A DNA stretch of 64,000 nt, taken from Planctomycetota bacterium. Lineage in GTDB: Bacteria > Planctomycetota > Planctomycetia > JALXBF01. The DNA is taken from contig JALXBF010000118.1 of the NCBI GenBank assembly GCA_026991575.1, forward strand, positions 62,001 to 126,000, written 5' to 3'. This document shows positions 39,064 through 48,896 of the stretch, piece by piece (the first letter of the stretch is position 1; the number at the start of each line of letters is the position of its first letter). The position numbers and the translations under genes were made by a program. The notes beneath the pieces were generated by a model. That model saw only the letters and a program-made list of their open reading frames with translations, was not told the DNA's origin and ran no database searches.

Positions 39064-42000
39064 ATGCCAAGACGTGTCCTACCCGTCCTCGGAACAATCG
39101 GCCTTTCCCTGCTTCTTTTGTTTGGCTGGAGCTATGCCCAACGCGGAACCATCGCCCCCCGCGGAGTGCAGTGGATTTGGACCGACGAGGGGGAACCTTT
39201 GAAACAGGCCCCGACCGGGTTGCGGTTCTTCCGCGCCTTGTTTGAAGTGGACCGTGATCCGGCAGAAGTGAAACTTTACCTCGTGTGCGACGATGCGTTC
39301 GTTGCGTACGTCAACGGAGTGCGCGTCGGCAGCTCCCGCAGCTGGCAAAGCGGATCCGTGTTCGACATCACGGACAAGGTGCGCATCGGACGCAACGCGC
39401 TTGCGGTAGAGGCGACCAACCGTGGCGGGCCGGCCGGCCTGGCAGGTTGGGTCTTTGTTCGGACAAAGCCGGGCAACCACTACGTCTATCCGACCAATCA
39501 GTCGTGGCGTTGGGCCACCGAGCCGTCCGAAGGGTGGATGATGCCCGAGTTCCCCCACGACCGCTGGCGACCGGTGAAGGTGCTCGGAGCGTTCGGTACG
39601 GTGGGACCATGGGGCGAAATAGGCTTCGGGACGGAGGGGCGGTTCCGGGCGCTGGAGGGGTTCCACGTCGAGATGGTTGCCGACCCGGAGCTGACCGGAT
39701 CCATTATCGCCTTTGGCTTCGATACACAGGGCTTGCCGCTACTTTCGGTTGAACGCGGCCCGATCATCCGGCTCCATGACGACGACGGCGATGGCGTCTA
39801 CGAACGCAAGTCCGTCGTCTGCGACCAGGTCAGCTACTGCCAGGGGCTGCTGGCGTACGATCCGAAGACGTACTACTTTGTCGGCATGCAGCAGCAGGGC
39901 AAGAAAGTTGTCACCGGGCTGTGGCGGGGCCTGGACGAGGATGAAGATGGCAAAGTGGACAAGGTGGAGTTGCTGCACCAGGTGCGGGGTCGAATCGCGG
40001 AGCACGGTCCTCACGCGATCCTCGTCGGACCGGATGGTTATCTCTACTTCGTCACCGGCAATCACGCGTGGGTGAACCTGGACCCGCCTGCCCACTCGCC
40101 GGTGCGCATGCTGTACGAAGGGGTGCTCTTGCCTCGCTACGAGGATGCACACGGCCATGCTCGGGGGATTCGCGTGCCGGGTGGCACGATCTGGCGGCTG
40201 GATCCGGACGCTCGCGACTGGACGCTCGAGACCGCCGGGTTCCGCAACGAGTACGACATCGGTTTCAACCGCGTCGGTGAGGTGTTCACCTTTGACAGCG
40301 ACATGGAGTGGGACGAGGGCTTGCCGTGGTATCGGCCCGTGCGCGTCAATCATTGCCCCTCGGGCGCGGAATTCGGCTGGCGCAGCGGCTGCGCGAAGTG
40401 GCCGCCTTACTACGTGGACAGTTTGCCCGCGACCGTGGACATCGGCCGCGGCTCTCCTACGGGTGTGGTCTTCTACCACCACACCGTTTACCCGGCCAGA
40501 TTCCACGACGCGTTCTTCATTGCTGACTGGTCGTACGGCCGGATTTTTGCCGTTTCCTTCAAACGCCAGGGGGCTTCGTACTCGGGCGAAGCGGAGCTCT
40601 TCCTGCTGGGCAAACCGCTGAACGTGACCGACCTGGACGTTGGCCCAGATGGGTTCCTGTACTTCACCACGGGGGGGCGAGGTACAGAGGGGGGCCTGTA
40701 CCGCGTGGTCTACGGCGAGGCCGGTTCGGCTGGCCCGCCGCTGGCGGACCTCGAGGGTGAAGAGGCCGTGCTTGCGGCCCTGCAACAGCCGCAGCCCTGG
40801 TCAGCCTGGGGACGCGAACGCGTACGGAAGCTGAAGGCGGCCGCGGGTGACGCCTGGCAGCGCGTTCTGAACCGCGTCATCCTGGACGAAGAGGAGGGCA
40901 CCGGCACACGCGTGCTGGCACTGTCGTATCTGCTGCAGTTCGGCCCCGAGCCCGACATGAAGCTGACCCGCCGGTTGATGCGCAGCAGCGATCGGGAACT
41001 GCGTGCGTGGGCAGCCGTGCTGATTGCGCGGTTAGGCCCGAAGGATGCGGAGAAACTTCTAGGCGAACTGCTTCAGGACTCGGAGCCGATTGTGCAGCGT
41101 CGGGCCATCGAGGGCTTCCTGCGGCTGACCCGCCCGGTCCCCAAACCGTTGCTCCGACCTGTGCTCGCCAGCACCGACCGCTTCCTGCGGTTTGCCGGTC
41201 TGCTGGCCCTGGAGCGGACCGATCCGGAAAGCTGGGCTGATTGGCTCGATGAACAAGACCGCCGCGTTGCCATCATGGCCGTCGTGGCGCTGAACCGGGG
41301 CGGTGCCGTGGCTCGCTCTGATCACTGGACCAACCAGGCGTTCAGCACCTGCTGGCGGCTGTTGCAGACGACCACCGGTGCCGATGATGAGCTGGAGGTC
41401 CTGCGCGGCATCCAGTTGTCGCTGATTAACTCCGAAAAGCGGACTCGCCCCGAACAACTCGTGGAGCAGATCGCAGAAGAGATCCTGCGCCGCTTCCCGT
41501 CCGGTGACTGGAGGGTTAACCGTGAATACGCTCGGCTATTGGCTTACCTTGAACCGGACGGCACGGTGGAGAAGCTGGTCGAGGCGCTGGAGTCGTGCGG
41601 CACGGTGGACCAGGCAGACCGGGCCCAGGCGATCCACTACGCCCGCTGTCTGGTTGCGTGCGAGAAGGGATGGACGGGGCAGTTGCGAAGGCGATATCTG
41701 AAGTGGTTCGATGTGTCGGCTGATTGGGACGGCGGTCACAGTTACCGTGGCTACCTGATGAACTTCCTGCGGGATTTCCTCCGGCGAGTGCCCGAAGAGG
41801 AAAAGCTTGCGCTCGTGGCCGACGCCGCACAGTACCGGCTGGCCGCGCTGGAGATCGTCCGGCGGCTTGATCAGAACAACGGAGCGGCGTACGTGCCGCT
41901 GCTGGACGAGGCGCTGCGCGAAGGCACGCTGCCGAGAGAGGATGTGCTGCTGGCACTGGGAAGAGTCCGTCAGCCAGAGGCAGAGCGGATCGTGTTGCAC

Positions 42001-42855
42001 TGGTACCGCAGCCATCCTGAGGATCGACCGGCAGCCTTGATCGCACTGGCCAACTATGCCAAGCAGGCGTACCGGGAGATTTTCCTGCAAGGACTCAAGC
42101 ACGACGATCCACGCGTGGTCCGTGCCGCGCTACAGGGGCTGCGTCGGTGCCAGCCGGAAGGACCGGACGACTACCGGGCGGTCCTCGAAACCGCACTCCG
42201 GTTGGGCCAACCGGTCGGCATGGCGGCCGTCCATACATTGCGTCGCTGGACCGGTAAGGACTTCGGGGCGAAGCCGGAGCAGTGGCGCAACGAATTGGAT
42301 CAGTTCCTGGCATGGTACCGCGAAACGTATCCCAATGCCGCACCGGTGGGTGGCTCCGGTAAGTACCGTGAGTGGACGCTGGAAGAATTGCTGGAGGCCG
42401 TGGAGCAGCACATCGGGTCCGCCGATCCGGAACGGGGCAAGCTGGTGTTCATGAAGGCCAGTTGCGTGAACTGCCACAAGGTCGGCTCATTCGGTAAAGG
42501 GATCGGCCCGGACCTGAGCACCCTGGGCAATCGTTTCTCGCGGAAGGACATCTTGGAGGCAATACTCACCCCCTCGAAAACGATTTCCGATCAATACAAA
42601 ACCTACACCATCCTGACAACTCGCGGCCAGATCATTAACGGCATGCGAGCCCCGGATGAGGATGGGAAGATCGTGCTGCTGCTCTCTGATGCCACCACCG
42701 TCAGGATTCCGAAGGACGAAGTCGAGGAGATTGTGGAATCGTCGGTGAGCATTATGCCGGACGGCCTGCTGAACACGCTGAGTGCTCAGGAGATCGCTGA
42801 CCTGGTGGCGTTCCTCGAAGCCGCGCAGGTGGAGACCGCTTCGGGCAGTCGGTAG
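39064..42855 (+). CDS. PVC-type membrane-bound dehydrogenase-like protein (sugar-binding domain, beta-propeller, HEAT repeats, cytochrome c)
   Basis: EHGPHAI, GPDGYLY, GFRNEYD, FTFDSDMEWD, GRGSPTG, heme motif CVNCH, GPDLS, SIMPDGL. Start is 39031 or 39064. Confidence 0.9.
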   Translation: MPRRVLPVLGTIGLSLLLLFGWSYAQRGTIAPRGVQWIWTDEGEPLKQAPTGLRFFRALFEVDRDPAEVKLYLVCDDAFVAYVNGVRVGSSRSWQSGSVFDITDKVRIGRNALAVEATNRGGPAGLAGWVFVRTKPGNHYVYPTNQSWRWATEPSEGWMMPEFPHDRWRPVKVLGAFGTVGPWGEIGFGTEGRFRALEGFHVEMVADPELTGSIIAFGFDTQGLPLLSVERGPIIRLHDDDGDGVYERKSVVCDQVSYCQGLLAYDPKTYYFVGMQQQGKKVVTGLWRGLDEDEDGKVDKVELLHQVRGRIAEHGPHAILVGPDGYLYFVTGNHAWVNLDPPAHSPVRMLYEGVLLPRYEDAHGHARGIRVPGGTIWRLDPDARDWTLETAGFRNEYDIGFNRVGEVFTFDSDMEWDEGLPWYRPVRVNHCPSGAEFGWRSGCAKWPPYYVDSLPATVDIGRGSPTGVVFYHHTVYPARFHDAFFIADWSYGRIFAVSFKRQGASYSGEAELFLLGKPLNVTDLDVGPDGFLYFTTGGRGTEGGLYRVVYGEAGSAGPPLADLEGEEAVLAALQQPQPWSAWGRERVRKLKAAAGDAWQRVLNRVILDEEEGTGTRVLALSYLLQFGPEPDMKLTRRLMRSSDRELRAWAAVLIARLGPKDAEKLLGELLQDSEPIVQRRAIEGFLRLTRPVPKPLLRPVLASTDRFLRFAGLLALERTDPESWADWLDEQDRRVAIMAVVALNRGGAVARSDHWTNQAFSTCWRLLQTTTGADDELEVLRGIQLSLINSEKRTRPEQLVEQIAEEILRRFPSGDWRVNREYARLLAYLEPDGTVEKLVEALESCGTVDQADRAQAIHYARCLVACEKGWTGQLRRRYLKWFDVSADWDGGHSYRGYLMNFLRDFLRRVPEEEKLALVADAAQYRLAALEIVRRLDQNNGAAYVPLLDEALREGTLPREDVLLALGRVRQPEAERIVLHWYRSHPEDRPAALIALANYAKQAYREIFLQGLKHDDPRVVRAALQGLRRCQPEGPDDYRAVLETALRLGQPVGMAAVHTLRRWTGKDFGAKPEQWRNELDQFLAWYRETYPNAAPVGGSGKYREWTLEELLEAVEQHIGSADPERGKLVFMKASCVNCHKVGSFGKGIGPDLSTLGNRFSRKDILEAILTPSKTISDQYKTYTILTTRGQIINGMRAPDEDGKIVLLLSDATTVRIPKDEVEEIVESSVSIMPDGLLNTLSAQEIADLVAFLEAAQVETASGSR

Positions 42856-42870
42856 AGGTGAGGCGCAGTC

Positions 42871-43221
42871 ATGGCGAAGACGATCAACTGGTACTACCAC
42901 CGACCCGGGTGAAGGACCTGCGGTCGAGCGCAGGAGTTTCTTGCGCGCAAGGCTGTACGCATCAAACAGGAAGTCAGCGCAACAAAGGACAAGCAGGGAC
43001 CAGAGAAGGCCCTGGAGCTAGCTCGGGCCGCGAACAAAGTCATCGTGGCTCGGGGCAAGAAGGTTCATGAGTTCAACATGAAGAAGGACCCGCCCGATGA
43101 CGAAACGCTGCTGAAGCACATGCTGGGGCCCACCGGTAACCTGCGCGCCCCCACGATGGTCATTGGCAAGACGGTGTACGTCGGATTCGAGGAAGAATCG
43201 CTCTCGAAGTTACTGGGCTAA
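42871..43221 (+). CDS. ArsC/Spx-family thioredoxin-fold (seleno)protein, 116 aa, with U14-x-x-C17; absent from the ORF track
   Basis: Manual translation: MAKTINWYYHRPG-U-RTCGRAQEFLARK...LLKHMLGPTGNLRAPTMVIGKTVYVGFEEESLSKLLG*. TGA at 42910-42912; GAGGTGAGG RBS; fills the gap between two + strand genes. Confidence 0.9.
42928..42946 (+). promoter_or_regulatory. Putative bacterial SECIS hairpin
   Basis: GCGCAGG-AGTTT-CTTGCGC, a 7-bp stem (one G-U) starting 15 nt after the in-frame TGA. Confidence 0.65.
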
Positions 43222-43251
43222 CGCCCAGGTTCCGCAGCGGCAGGGCCCTCG

Positions 43252-46107
43252 ATGAGTTGGTACCAGGCAACGCTTAGCTTCACGCTGGCCAGCCTGCTGA
43301 TGGCGACCGCCATGCCAGCAGACGGCCCGGTGGGTGTCCGCATCGAGTTCGGTGTCGGAGCGAAGCAGACCGCAGTGTGGGCGGGCCGCGTTGTGCGACC
43401 ACAACAGGCGGTCCAGCGAGTGACCCCATGGCGGTTCCTCAACGGGCGGGTTCAGCCCGGCCAGAACGCGTGGACGACGAGGACCGTGCTGCTGCCGGCG
43501 CCCTTCGAGCGGAACCCGATCCAGGGGGCCAATTTTCCCCAGCCCAGGCGGGTGCCGTGGTCAGCCGGCGTCGACGTGGTGTTGAAAGACAGCGCCGATG
43601 TCCTGCGTGTCAGCTGGCAGAAGCCCGAGGGCATCGCCCCGCTCGAGGTGCCGCTCAACAGGCTGCGCTACGGCCAGGTGCAGTCGGTTGGAGAACACGT
43701 CGCGCTGCACCGCTTCGTGCCCTACGTTGCCGAAACGGCGCCAGAGGACGGGGTCCACGATGACCTGCCGTCCATGGCCATCGCGCCGGACGGTGTGCTG
43801 TGGCTTGCCTGGCGGCGGTATCAGCAAGCAGCGGACCGGATCGTGGTCGCAACGGTCGATCCACGCACCGGGCGGTTGAGTCCCCCCGAATGGCGCTCGA
43901 ACGCGGGGGACCACGGAGGCCCTGCGATCGCTGTTGACGGCAGCGGGACCGTGTGGGTCGCGTACGCTGCGCAGCACAACGGCAACTGGGACATTTATGT
44001 CGTGAGCCGACGGGAGGGGCGCTGGAGCAGACCGCAGCGCGTCTCGGACCATCCGCAACCCGACCTGCATCCGGTACTCGTCGGTCTGACATCCGGCGCA
44101 GCGTTGGCCTGGCAGGGCTTCCGCGAAGGTCAGAGCGATATCTTCTACACCGAAATCACGGTCAGCGGCGAACTCCGCGGCGTGCACCGGCTCAGCCCCT
44201 CGCGGCGGAACGACTGGTTCCCCGCGATCGCTACCGACGGCCGCGGGACGGTGTACGTCGCGTGGGACAGCTACGACGCAGGCAACTACGACGTGCTCTT
44301 GCGCCCGGTAGTCGGCGGCAAGCCGGGAAAGCTGGTTGCTGTGGCTTCGACCGACCTGTTTGAGGCGAATGCATCGGTTGCCTGCGACCGTGACGGCGGT
44401 GTCTGGGTTGCTTACGACGAGGGAACGAAGGCCTGGGGCAAGGACTACGGCTTCTGGTGGTGGTATCTGGACTGGCCGCGAGGGACTCGGCTGTATGAGC
44501 GGCGGGTGTTGCGGATCCGCAAGATCGAAGGTGACAGATCGTTGGCTGTGCAGCCCGACCTCGTGGGCTCGCTGCCCAGAGCGATGCGGGAGTATTCTGA
44601 GTACCCGCAGCTCTGCATCGACCAGCGGAATCGTCTCTGGGTCGTGTTCCGCCACCGCACGGCGCGCAGCCCTCGGGCCGACGGCTGGGCCGCCGCCGGC
44701 TGGTGGGAACCCTACCTGTGCTTCTGGGATGGCAAGCGGTGGAGCGACCCGATACCGCTTGAGCGTTCGCTCGGTCGCCAGGACATGCGGACCGCTCTGG
44801 TCGCGGGCGGCAACCGCCTGTGGTTGGCCTGGGCCACCGACAGCCGCACGGCTCGCCAGCCGACAACGGGAGGCCACCTCAAGATACAGGTGGGACAGGT
44901 TTCGCTGGATCAGATTGCCGCTCTGCCAGGCAGCGGACTGCCGCCCGTCGGGCGTTACAGACGTCCGGAGCTGGCGGACGAGTCGATCCGCAACGTCCAT
45001 CCCAACGAGGAAGCCGATCTGGAGCGGATCCGGTCGTACCGAGTCGACTACCGGGGCAAGCAGCTGGCGATTTATCGCGGAGACCTGCACCGGCACACGG
45101 ACATTTCGTTTGACGGTGTCGGCGACGGGAGTCTGACGGATTTCTACCGTTACGCGCTGGATGCGGCCAGCCTGGACTACGTCCTCGTCGGTGACCACGG
45201 CATGGGACACGACCGTGAGTATCCGTGGTGGCGCACGCAGAAGTCGAACGACATGTACTTCGTGAGCGGCAGGTTTGTGCCGCTGTACGGTTACGAACGG
45301 TCGATTCCCTATCCGTGGGGCCACCGGAACATTATCTGGACTAAACGAGGTTTCCGAACATTTCCGATGACCAGGGATCCGCGGGCCAAACGGCGGCGGC
45401 CGGCACCGGACGACACGCTCCAGCTGTATCGCGAGATCCGACGCACCGGCGGTATCGTCACGCTGCACACGTCAGCAACCAACCAGGGCACCAACTGGGA
45501 GACGGGCTACGATCCTGAGCTGGAACCCGTCGTTGAGCTGTTCCAGGGCTATCACACTTCGTACGAAGGGCGACGCCAGCCGCTGGCGGTAGACGAAAAC
45601 ACGCCGATTCTGCACGGGCCGTTCAAGCCGGATGGCTACGTGTGGCACGCGTTGGAGAAGGGCTACTGGCTGGGCTTCCAGGCATCCAGCGACCACATCG
45701 CGACGCACAACAGCTACGCGTGCGTGCTGGCCGAGGAGTTCTCGCGGGAAGGTCTGGTTGAAGCCATGAAGGCCCGCCACACGTACGCTGCCACGGACAA
45801 TATCGTGCTGGAGTTTCGATCAGGTGATGCGCTGATGGGCGATCGGGTGCGGTACCGCGGTGGCCCGGTCCGCCTCTCAGCCCGCATCTGGGGTACCGCG
45901 CCGATCGCGTTCGTGGAGGTGGTGCGCAACGCCAGTGTCGTCTACTCGATGAAAGTCGACGGGGCCAGTCAGGTGGAGTTTGCCTGGACCGACACCGCCG
46001 TGCCTGACCGCAGCTTCAACTACTACTACGTGCGGGTGATTCAGGTCGACCGCAACGTCGCGTGGGCCTCTCCGATCTGGTTCGTCAAGGACGACCTGCG
46101 GCGCTAA
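43252..46107 (+). CDS. Secreted beta-propeller + PHP-like metallohydrolase (DUF3604/CehA-McbA-like)
   Basis: Signal peptide, repeated P.IA.DG.G.V.VAW blades, GDLHRHT, GDH, SSDH, YYYVRVIQ...AWASPIW. Confidence 0.85.
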   Translation: MSWYQATLSFTLASLLMATAMPADGPVGVRIEFGVGAKQTAVWAGRVVRPQQAVQRVTPWRFLNGRVQPGQNAWTTRTVLLPAPFERNPIQGANFPQPRRVPWSAGVDVVLKDSADVLRVSWQKPEGIAPLEVPLNRLRYGQVQSVGEHVALHRFVPYVAETAPEDGVHDDLPSMAIAPDGVLWLAWRRYQQAADRIVVATVDPRTGRLSPPEWRSNAGDHGGPAIAVDGSGTVWVAYAAQHNGNWDIYVVSRREGRWSRPQRVSDHPQPDLHPVLVGLTSGAALAWQGFREGQSDIFYTEITVSGELRGVHRLSPSRRNDWFPAIATDGRGTVYVAWDSYDAGNYDVLLRPVVGGKPGKLVAVASTDLFEANASVACDRDGGVWVAYDEGTKAWGKDYGFWWWYLDWPRGTRLYERRVLRIRKIEGDRSLAVQPDLVGSLPRAMREYSEYPQLCIDQRNRLWVVFRHRTARSPRADGWAAAGWWEPYLCFWDGKRWSDPIPLERSLGRQDMRTALVAGGNRLWLAWATDSRTARQPTTGGHLKIQVGQVSLDQIAALPGSGLPPVGRYRRPELADESIRNVHPNEEADLERIRSYRVDYRGKQLAIYRGDLHRHTDISFDGVGDGSLTDFYRYALDAASLDYVLVGDHGMGHDREYPWWRTQKSNDMYFVSGRFVPLYGYERSIPYPWGHRNIIWTKRGFRTFPMTRDPRAKRRRPAPDDTLQLYREIRRTGGIVTLHTSATNQGTNWETGYDPELEPVVELFQGYHTSYEGRRQPLAVDENTPILHGPFKPDGYVWHALEKGYWLGFQASSDHIATHNSYACVLAEEFSREGLVEAMKARHTYAATDNIVLEFRSGDALMGDRVRYRGGPVRLSARIWGTAPIAFVEVVRNASVVYSMKVDGASQVEFAWTDTAVPDRSFNYYYVRVIQVDRNVAWASPIWFVKDDLRR

Positions 46108-46332
46108 CGCACAGGCGAGCAGCCATACCCGCGATGAGCCACGTAGCCGTGCGAGCGTAGAGCTAAGGGGGTACCGGCGGGGTAGGCCCGTGGGGGGCGT
46201 GATTGCCGGACGCATGGCTGACTGCTGGGACAGCCGCGTATGCCGTATGAGCAGTCCCTGCCCCCGGCAGGCTGCCGGCGTGTGCCGAGCGGCTGAGTTG
46301 CCGTGTGCTGCTGCATAAGCGAGTAGCAGGCG

Positions 46333-47469
46333 ATGTCATCGTATCTGGATCTTTCACGCTATCCGCTGCCGCCTCGTGGTGAACTGCCGACGCCGGCGTT
46401 GGTCTTCTACAAGCCACTCATTGAGGCGAATCTGCAGGCCATGCTTGCTGCCGTCGGAGGCAACCCGGACCGCTTGCGGCCCCATGTGAAGACGGTCAAG
46501 TGTGCCGCCGTTGTACACCTTGAACTGGGGCTGGGCATCACCAAGCACAAGTGCAGCACACTGCGCGAGGCGATGTTGCTTGCCGAGTGTGGCGTGCCGG
46601 ACGTGCTGCTTGCCTATGTCCTGGTCGGCCCGGCGGTACGATCATTCGTCGAGCTATGTGTGCGGTACCCTGCCACAACGTTCCGTGTAACGGTGGATTC
46701 GCGGCAAGCAGTCGAACAGCTAGAGTGGGCGGCCGCCAAAGCGGGGATTACCGTGTCGGTGCTAGCGGACATGGATCCCGGCCTGCACCGTAGCGGGGTT
46801 GCCCCCGAGAGGCTGGCGGATTTTTGTCGCTTGATTGTAGCTCAGCGTCACCTCCGGCTCGACGGCCTGCACTGCTATGACGGGCACATCAAGGATTCCG
46901 ATCCTGAACTGCGACACCAGCGAGCCGCGCAGGTGTGGCAGCAGCTGGTGAAGGTGCTCGAGGAAGTGAGGCCGATAGCGGGCGATTCACTGCGGCTGGT
47001 CTGCGGTGGTACGCCGACATTTCCGTTCTTTGCTTCGCTTGGCCGTAGCGATGTCGAATGCTCGCCGGGCACGTGCGTCCTGCACGACTGCGGCTACGGG
47101 CGGAAGTTTCCGGATCTACCGTTTGTCCCGGCCGCGTTCGTGCTCACGCGCGTGTTATCCGTACCCGGTCCGGACCGATACTGCCTGGATTGTGGCTACA
47201 AGGCGATTGCATCCGATCCACCGCCTGCGGAACGTTTCCTGGTCGTGGGCCGGGAGGACGCTCGGATCGTGTTACAGAACGAAGAGCACTCGGTCGTGGA
47301 AGCACCGGGGGCGCAGTGGGACGTTGGGGAAGAGCTGTTGTTGTGTCCGACGCACGTCTGCCCAACGGTAGCGTTGCACGATGTGGCGTACGTACTGGAT
47401 GGTTCAGGTCGGGTCTGCGACCGCTGGTTGATCGGTGCACGGACTCGGTTGCTTGGTTTGTCGGCTTGA
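46333..47469 (+). CDS. D-threonine aldolase / D-serine dehydratase family PLP enzyme
   Basis: TPAL, LRPHVKTVK, GLHCYDGH, GGTPTF, NEEH, PTHVCPTV. Confidence 0.9.
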   Translation: MSSYLDLSRYPLPPRGELPTPALVFYKPLIEANLQAMLAAVGGNPDRLRPHVKTVKCAAVVHLELGLGITKHKCSTLREAMLLAECGVPDVLLAYVLVGPAVRSFVELCVRYPATTFRVTVDSRQAVEQLEWAAAKAGITVSVLADMDPGLHRSGVAPERLADFCRLIVAQRHLRLDGLHCYDGHIKDSDPELRHQRAAQVWQQLVKVLEEVRPIAGDSLRLVCGGTPTFPFFASLGRSDVECSPGTCVLHDCGYGRKFPDLPFVPAAFVLTRVLSVPGPDRYCLDCGYKAIASDPPPAERFLVVGREDARIVLQNEEHSVVEAPGAQWDVGEELLLCPTHVCPTVALHDVAYVLDGSGRVCDRWLIGARTRLLGLSA

Positions 47470-47624
47470 ACCAAACCGCTTGACAGCACGGTGCGGGAGC
47501 CGGCGCGGCGGACGTTGTCCGACTCGACCGCTTCACACAGCTGGCCAGAATGTGACGTGGCGATCGTATGGTGGTCTTCAGCGGCACGCCGCGTAGGGGG
47601 GACGGTTCGGCACCTTGCCGTCGG

Positions 47625-48638
47625 TCACCGGGCGTCCGCCGAGACGACCAGCACACCGGATCCCTGAAAGCGGTCTCGCTTCAGCTCGAGCAGCCCGCGA
47701 TTTGCTTCTTCGAATGGGACCGTGGTGACGTGGGGCCGCAGCGGGATGCGTACGGCCAGTTCGAGCAGCTCGTGGCCGTCTTCACGGGTGTTGGCCGTCA
47801 CGCTGCGTACCTCTTTTTCGAAGTACAGGTGTTTCTCGTAGTTCAGTTCGGGCACCGGGCTCAAGTAGATGCCGGCGATCGCCAGGATGCCGCCTTTGTC
47901 CAGGTACTCCAGGACTGGTGGCACGAGCTTGCCGGAGGGCGCAAAGAGGATTGCATGTTCGAGCTTGCGCGGGATCTCTTCCCCGATGGTTCCTACCCAG
48001 GCGGCTCCCATCTGGCGGGCCAATTCGCGATGGTGTGGCTGGCGGCTGAAGACGAACACCTCACAGCCCCAGTAGTTTGCCACCTCCATGACGATGTGGG
48101 CGGAGGAACCAAAGCCGACGATCCCGAGCGTGCTACCGGGCCGGACGTCAGCCCGTTTTAGGGCGCGGTAACCGATGATGCCGGCGCAGAGCAGCGGAGC
48201 GGTCAGCACCGGGTCGACCTCCGCCGGGAGGCGATACGCGTACTCGGCGGGGACCGTGGCATACTCCGCGTAGCCGCCGTCATGGTCCCAGCCGGTGAAG
48301 GTGGCGTGCTCGCAGAGGTTCTCTCGGCCGCGCTGGCAGTAGCGACATTGTTGGCAGGTGGAGCGTAGCCAGGCGATGCCGGCACGATCGCCGATGTTCC
48401 AGTTCTGGACGCCGGGGCCGAGTTTCTCGACGACGCCAACGATCTGGTGGCCGGGGACCACGGGCTGTTTGTGAGGAGGCAGCTCACCTTCGACGATGTG
48501 CAGGTCCGTGCGACAGATGCCACAGCAGAGGACGCGAACGAGCAGTTCGCCCCGGCCGGGTTCGGGTACGGCCACTTCCTCCAGCGTCAGCGGTTCGGCC
48601 TCCACAGGGGCTGGCTTGTGCAGCAAATGGGCTCTCAT
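47625..48638 (-). CDS. Zinc-dependent alcohol dehydrogenase
   Basis: CGICRTDLH, PGHQIVG, CQQCRYC...NLC, APLLCAG, GFGSSAH. Confidence 0.94.
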   Translation of the reverse strand: MRAHLLHKPAPVEAEPLTLEEVAVPEPGRGELLVRVLCCGICRTDLHIVEGELPPHKQPVVPGHQIVGVVEKLGPGVQNWNIGDRAGIAWLRSTCQQCRYCQRGRENLCEHATFTGWDHDGGYAEYATVPAEYAYRLPAEVDPVLTAPLLCAGIIGYRALKRADVRPGSTLGIVGFGSSAHIVMEVANYWGCEVFVFSRQPHHRELARQMGAAWVGTIGEEIPRKLEHAILFAPSGKLVPPVLEYLDKGGILAIAGIYLSPVPELNYEKHLYFEKEVRSVTANTREDGHELLELAVRIPLRPHVTTVPFEEANRGLLELKRDRFQGSGVLVVSADAR

Positions 48639-48896
48639 GTGCACAATCCCGGCGCGTGCTACCTCAGAGTGCTATGCAGCTGGACCACCGTGGACCGAAA
48701 TCACCGATTGCTGGGCACCGCGAAAGGCGTTCGACTACCCCCTCAGCCGCTCATCCAAGGCTATCAGTGAACGCGCCACGATTCAACCCGCTGGCTCGTT
48801 TGGCCGGGTTGGTTGGCCTTGCCCTACTGTTGCCAAAGGGCTAGTCTCAGTCGGGAGACCGGACGAAAGCGGAAGGCAGAACGCACGGAGGGCGAC

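Noticed and set aside
42917..42934. Alternative hairpin CCTGCG-GTCGAG-CGCAGG after the ArsC UGA as the SECIS
   Set aside because: It starts only 4 nt after the UGA and would lie inside the ribosome footprint. The overlapping downstream hairpin matches the other gene's loop.
42858..43070. Track ORFs 42858..43070 and 42782..43021
   Set aside because: They are off-frame shadows of the UGA-containing gene 42871..43221.
43561..45468. Long antisense ORFs (e.g. 43561..45468, 5235..6653, 37560..38975, 39739..40785)
   Set aside because: They are shadows of well-supported genes on the opposite strand, expected at high GC, and carry no motifs.
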